A DNA stretch of 48,132 bases from Candidatus Eiseniibacteriota bacterium. GTDB lineage: Bacteria; Eisenbacteria; RBG-16-71-46. Positions within the stretch are counted from its first letter, which is position 1; every line of letters starts with the position of its first letter. The stretch is taken from the NCBI GenBank assembly GCA_016178685.1, contig JACOSU010000164.1, positions 1-48,132 on the forward strand. The letters are read 5' to 3'. Under the pieces are notes generated by a model that ran no database searches, had not been told where the DNA came from, and saw only the letters and a list, made by a program, of their open reading frames with translations. A program made the position numbers and the translations under genes. Positions 45,298 to 48,132 of the stretch are shown here, in pieces.

Positions 45298-45313
45298 TCG
45301 AAACCGCTCGCTC

Positions 45314-46222
45314 TCAGCCCGACTTGTGAGTGCTTTTCGATTTCGAGGCCGGCGCCGCGGGCGCGGTCGGAGCGGCCGCGCGCTCCTGCTCTCGGATCGA
45401 GCTGCGCTTGGATTCAGGGACCATCTGGCCGCGATAGTTGTAGCCGAACCCCACGAGTTCGGCGCGCCCGGTCGAATGATCCAGCACCACCGTGGGCGCG
45501 TCCTTGGATCGTCCGATCAGCCACGCGGTGCGCAGTCCCTTGAAGTCGATGTCCTCGCGCACGATTCCGGTCAGCGGCACCTGGCGCGACACGTAACTGT
45601 CGCGATCCTCCTTCGATTCGTCCGAAGTTGTGCTGTCGCCCTTGTCGGCCTCGACCTGGACGTCCTGCCGGATGTGCACGCGCTTGCACAGGTAGGATCC
45701 GAGCGCGATGTGCACACTGTCCACCCCGAGCGTGTCGATGTACCACTTGAGATCGCGCTCGACACGGTTGCGCTGTCTGATCGAGGCGGGTGGGCGCCGG
45801 CTGATCATCTCGAGCGGCTGTCCCTGGGCGTCGACGTCGTTGATGTTCTTGCGCATGTAGAACTGCATGTGGGGGAACGGCAGGGAATCATCGAACACCG
45901 AGTACGACATCAACGTCGCCAGCACCGAGGAGCCGCCGGTTTTTGAGCTGGTCTCGGTCTCGACCCAGAAGCAATCCTCGCCCCAGAATCGCTCTTCTCC
46001 GGCGACGCCCACGGTGACGACGTAGTCGTCGACGTGACCCATGGAGGTCTGACCGGTGACGTGATAACGCGTCCAGGTGCCCACCTTGAAGTCCGGACGG
46101 CGCCCGTAGTCGATCAGGCCGATGCCGTTGATCTCGAAGCCGCCGGCGAACTGGGCGTGGGCGGGGCCCGCCAGGGCGGAGGCCAGCATCACCGCGGCAG
46201 TCAGCAGGATGGCACGTCGCAT
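45314..46222 (-). CDS. hypothetical secreted protein
   Basis: Signal peptide MRRAILLTAAVMLASALAGPAHA. The composition is ordinary, not Arg/Pro-rich, which supports real coding. I recognise no family. Confidence 0.7.
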   Translation of the reverse strand: MRRAILLTAAVMLASALAGPAHAQFAGGFEINGIGLIDYGRRPDFKVGTWTRYHVTGQTSMGHVDDYVVTVGVAGEERFWGEDCFWVETETSSKTGGSSVLATLMSYSVFDDSLPFPHMQFYMRKNINDVDAQGQPLEMISRRPPASIRQRNRVERDLKWYIDTLGVDSVHIALGSYLCKRVHIRQDVQVEADKGDSTTSDESKEDRDSYVSRQVPLTGIVREDIDFKGLRTAWLIGRSKDAPTVVLDHSTGRAELVGFGYNYRGQMVPESKRSSIREQERAAAPTAPAAPASKSKSTHKSG

Positions 46223-46362
46223 GCTGGGTACCCCGAATGTACGGGCGCGCCGCGGGGCGCGCCACCAAGTGGATCGTGGGTGAAGAGGACCATTATCGCA
46301 GAGCCCCGCCGCTCCTCCAAATGTCGCCCCGCTGCCATCGTTGCCGCCTCGTGAACCCTGTC

Positions 46363-47061
46363 ATGACCGATAGCGCCGAACCACTCATCGATCCTGTTCC
46401 TCTGTCGAGTCCGGCCTCACTCCGGCTGCGTCCGCGCGAGAAACTTCGCGAGCGCGGCGCGGGGGCGCTCACCGATGCCGAGCTGCTCGCGCTGGTCATC
46501 GGCTCCGGGTGCGCCGGCCGCACCGCCCTGCGCACCGCGAGGCGACTCAGCCGGCATCCGCCGGCCGAACTCGCGGCCTGGACGGGTGCGCGATGGTCGC
46601 GCGTTCCGGGCATCGGTCCCGCGCGCGCCGCGGCGCTGGCGGCGGTCTTCGAGCTCGGTCGCCGCGCGCTGGAGCGACCCGCGCATTCCCAGCCCATTCG
46701 AGGCCCCGACGACGTGCTGGCGCACGTGCGCGACCTGTTCCGGGCGCGCAAGGAGCACTTTGTGGTGCTGCTGCTCAACGCGCGTCACGAAATGCAGGCG
46801 CGTGAAACGGTCTCGATCGGCAGCCTCAATGCGTCGATCGTTCATCCGCGCGAGGTGTTTCTGCCGGCCATCGTCCACAGCGCGGCGAGTGTGGTGCTGG
46901 TGCACAATCACCCGAGCGGTGATCCCGAACCCAGCGAAGAAGACCTGAGCATCACGCGCCGGCTGGTGCAGGTGGGCGAGCTGGTGGGGATCGGCGTGCT
47001 GGACCATGTGATCGTGGCCTCCCGGGGGCTGGTAAGCCTGCGCTCGCGGCAACTGCTCTAG
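46363..47061 (+). CDS. radC: RadC-like JAB/MPN domain protein
   Basis: N-terminal HhH (LTDAELLALVIGSG) and the JAMM motif LVHNHPSGDPEPSEEDLSIT. Confidence 0.88.
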   Translation: MTDSAEPLIDPVPLSSPASLRLRPREKLRERGAGALTDAELLALVIGSGCAGRTALRTARRLSRHPPAELAAWTGARWSRVPGIGPARAAALAAVFELGRRALERPAHSQPIRGPDDVLAHVRDLFRARKEHFVVLLLNARHEMQARETVSIGSLNASIVHPREVFLPAIVHSAASVVLVHNHPSGDPEPSEEDLSITRRLVQVGELVGIGVLDHVIVASRGLVSLRSRQLL

Positions 47062-47106
47062 CCCCGATCCGCGCAGCCGGGGTTACGCGATCTGGACTCC
47101 GACCAT

Positions 47107-47135
47107 CAAAGAAAAAGCCGCCCTGTCCAGGCGGC
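47107..47135 (-). terminator. Rho-independent terminator on the minus strand
   Basis: The minus-strand RNA reads GCCGCC-uggacag-GGCGGC-UUUUUCUUUG. The stem is 47117-47122 / 47130-47135 and the U-run is 47107-47116. The plus strand has no U-run after the hairpin. Confidence 0.6.
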
Positions 47136-47330
47136 GTTCGACGTCGAAAACGCACATCCACAGCTACCGGAGACATCCACAACATGTGGCGGGGCCCCGG
47201 AAAGCGCAAGGGCCGCGACGAAGATTTCTCGAGCCGCCCGATTTCGACCTGCTAACGAAAGTGCTCACAGATCGTTAGCGGATTGGTGCCGGGCGGAGAT
47301 CGGGGTAGCTCCCGGCAGCCACGACCCCAA
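47107..47330 (-). ncRNA. candidate structured small RNA of unknown family (5' end not defined)
   Basis: Three nested inverted repeats: 47162-47168/47304-47310, 47234-47240/47290-47296 and 47251-47258/47272-47279. They are followed by the 12-nt palindrome TTCGACGTCGAA (47137-47148) and the terminator. The region is AT-richer than its surroundings and has no credible ORF. Confidence 0.3.
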
Positions 47331-47485
47331 AAACAGGATCGCAAAAAGTTTTGGCACATGGGACACTGCTTGGTGATCGGGTTCAGGATGAACCCGGATG
47401 GGTTTCGCCAGGCAGGACAGTCGCATGGTCTGGCGGAGAGGATTCAACGCCTGCCATGACCCGGCCACTCAGGGAGGAGGAGCCG

Positions 47486-47995
47486 ATGGTTCGAACCCAC
47501 ACCGTTGAGCGTCCGGACGCGCTCCGGAAGCCAGGACCCGAATCGACCCCGCCCGAATCCCGGCATGAGTTGCGGCCGTGGCGTTCGCCGAACGCGCCTC
47601 CTCACCCTGATTCGAAGAGCGTGCTTCTGGTCGAAGACGATGACCTGGTGCGCGGCGTCGTGATCGAGTGGTTGGTGCGCGCGGGCTACGAGGTATTCCC
47701 CGCCGCCGCGCCCGATGCGGCATTTCGCCTGATCGAAGAGAAAAACCTGTCCATCGACCTCGTGGTCACGGACACCGTGATGCCCGGAATGAGCGGGCCC
47801 GAGATGATCGAACGCCTGCGTGCGCACGATGAATCCCTGCGCGTTCTCTACATGTCGGGTTACCTGCGGTCGGAATCGACCCGCCGCGACCGGCTCGGGC
47901 CGGCCGCCGGATTCATCGAAAAGCCGTTCACTGCCGAGGCTCTCCTCACGCGGGTGCGCGAGTTGCTTGGCGAGCCGTCCGCGAATCCGGCCTAG
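47486..47995 (+). CDS. receiver-only response regulator with a ~45-aa N-terminal extension
   Basis: VLLVEDDD, LVVTDTVMPGMSG, YMSGY and IEKPF. GGGAGGAGG lies upstream of ATG 47486. Confidence 0.8.
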   Translation: MVRTHTVERPDALRKPGPESTPPESRHELRPWRSPNAPPHPDSKSVLLVEDDDLVRGVVIEWLVRAGYEVFPAAAPDAAFRLIEEKNLSIDLVVTDTVMPGMSGPEMIERLRAHDESLRVLYMSGYLRSESTRRDRLGPAAGFIEKPFTAEALLTRVRELLGEPSANPA

Positions 47996-48132
47996 GCTCT
48001 GTTTGAGAACGGTCGCAAGTCGTAGACTGCCCGCAGCCCGCTACGGATGGCGGGTCTGGGAGGGCACAACGGATGCGCCGTTACGAACTCACGGATGAAG
48101 AATGGGCGGTCATCGAACCTCTGCTGCCACCG
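47995..48132 (+). mobile_element. left end of an IS5-family insertion sequence (continues beyond the window)
   Basis: The putative terminal repeat GGCTCTGTTTGAGAAC resembles IS903/IS5-group ends (GGCTTTGTTGAA...) as I recall them. It abuts a CTAG tetranucleotide. A DUF4096-type transposase N-terminus begins at 48073. Confidence 0.5.
48073..48132 (+). CDS. IS5-family transposase, N-terminal 20 codons only
   Basis: MRRYELTDEEWAVIEPLLPP matches the conserved N-terminus (RRY-L-D-EW--I-PLLP) of IS5/IS427/IS1031-group transposases. Confidence 0.6.
   Translation, partial: MRRYELTDEEWAVIEPLLPP

Noticed and set aside
47107-47325. Resemblance of the minus-strand RNA to the ZTP (pfl) riboswitch. GGGGUCGUGGCUGCCGGGAGCUACCCC compares with the remembered GGGUCGUGACUGGCG...GGGGAGCGACCC, and a hairpin followed by CGCCGCCUGGAC overlapping the terminator compares with CCGCCUGGGC.
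   Set aside because: The P2 hairpin is missing. The pseudoknot partner (GCCG versus CGCC) is mismatched. The linker would be ~190 nt. No gene lies downstream of the terminator on that strand. My consensus is from memory. It is worth a cmscan against RF01750 but should not be claimed.
47352-47370. Sigma54-like TGGCAC ... CTGCT upstream of the second response regulator.
   Set aside because: The GG-to-GC spacing is 3 nt too long relative to the strict -24/-12 geometry (TGGCAC-N5-TTGC).
47265-47468. 67-aa minus-strand ORF inside the radC / response-regulator spacer.
   Set aside because: It has a GTG start without an SD sequence. GC3 is roughly at background, far below real genes here. It overlaps the RBS region of the plus-strand receiver gene. 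No family resemblance.

Overview
This is a very GC-rich bacterial chromosomal segment. Third codon positions are overwhelmingly G/C, so long spurious antisense ORFs litter the six-frame track. Nearly all of it is core housekeeping genes in familiar syntenic blocks. In order: dnaX (5' partial)-ybaB-recR; a CNNM/CBS membrane protein; mglB-mglA; pgpA; a small membrane protein; cinA-thpR-[829-aa secreted repeat protein]-recA-recX; osmC; a convergent SAM methyltransferase; alaS. Next comes a translationally coupled envelope-glycan/isoprenoid operon: rmlA-like gene split by an in-frame TAA, rmlD, gmhA, a UbiA-family phosphoribosyltransferase and ispE. Then spoVG; tRNA-Gln(UUG); prs-rplY(ctc)-pth-rpsF-ssb-rpsR-DUF2232-like-rplI-ppiC-BFN nuclease; minus-strand tonB plus a dual-amidase lipoprotein; a livJHMGF-type ABC transporter; a receiver-only response regulator; selA; smc-ftsY. 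The last ~3 kb looks more accessory: a secreted hypothetical protein, radC, an AT-richer 424-bp spacer carrying a clean minus-strand intrinsic terminator (candidate sRNA), a second receiver, and the left end of an IS5-family element running off the window. I found no convincing new multi-gene system: no CRISPR, defence, toxin-antitoxin or biosynthetic-cluster signatures. The items most worth a second look are: the 8-repeat surface protein wedged into the cinA-thpR-recA-recX block; the nonsense-split RmlA; the nested 137-nt palindrome plus 20-nt tandem repeats upstream of cinA; the candidate structured sRNA near 47.1-47.3 kb; a dual Amidase_3 protein whose second domain has lost all three metal ligands; a tail-less SSB between rpsF and rpsR; and a 24-codon ORF bridging recA and recX. 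All family assignments rest on motif recognition by eye and on synteny. No database search was run.
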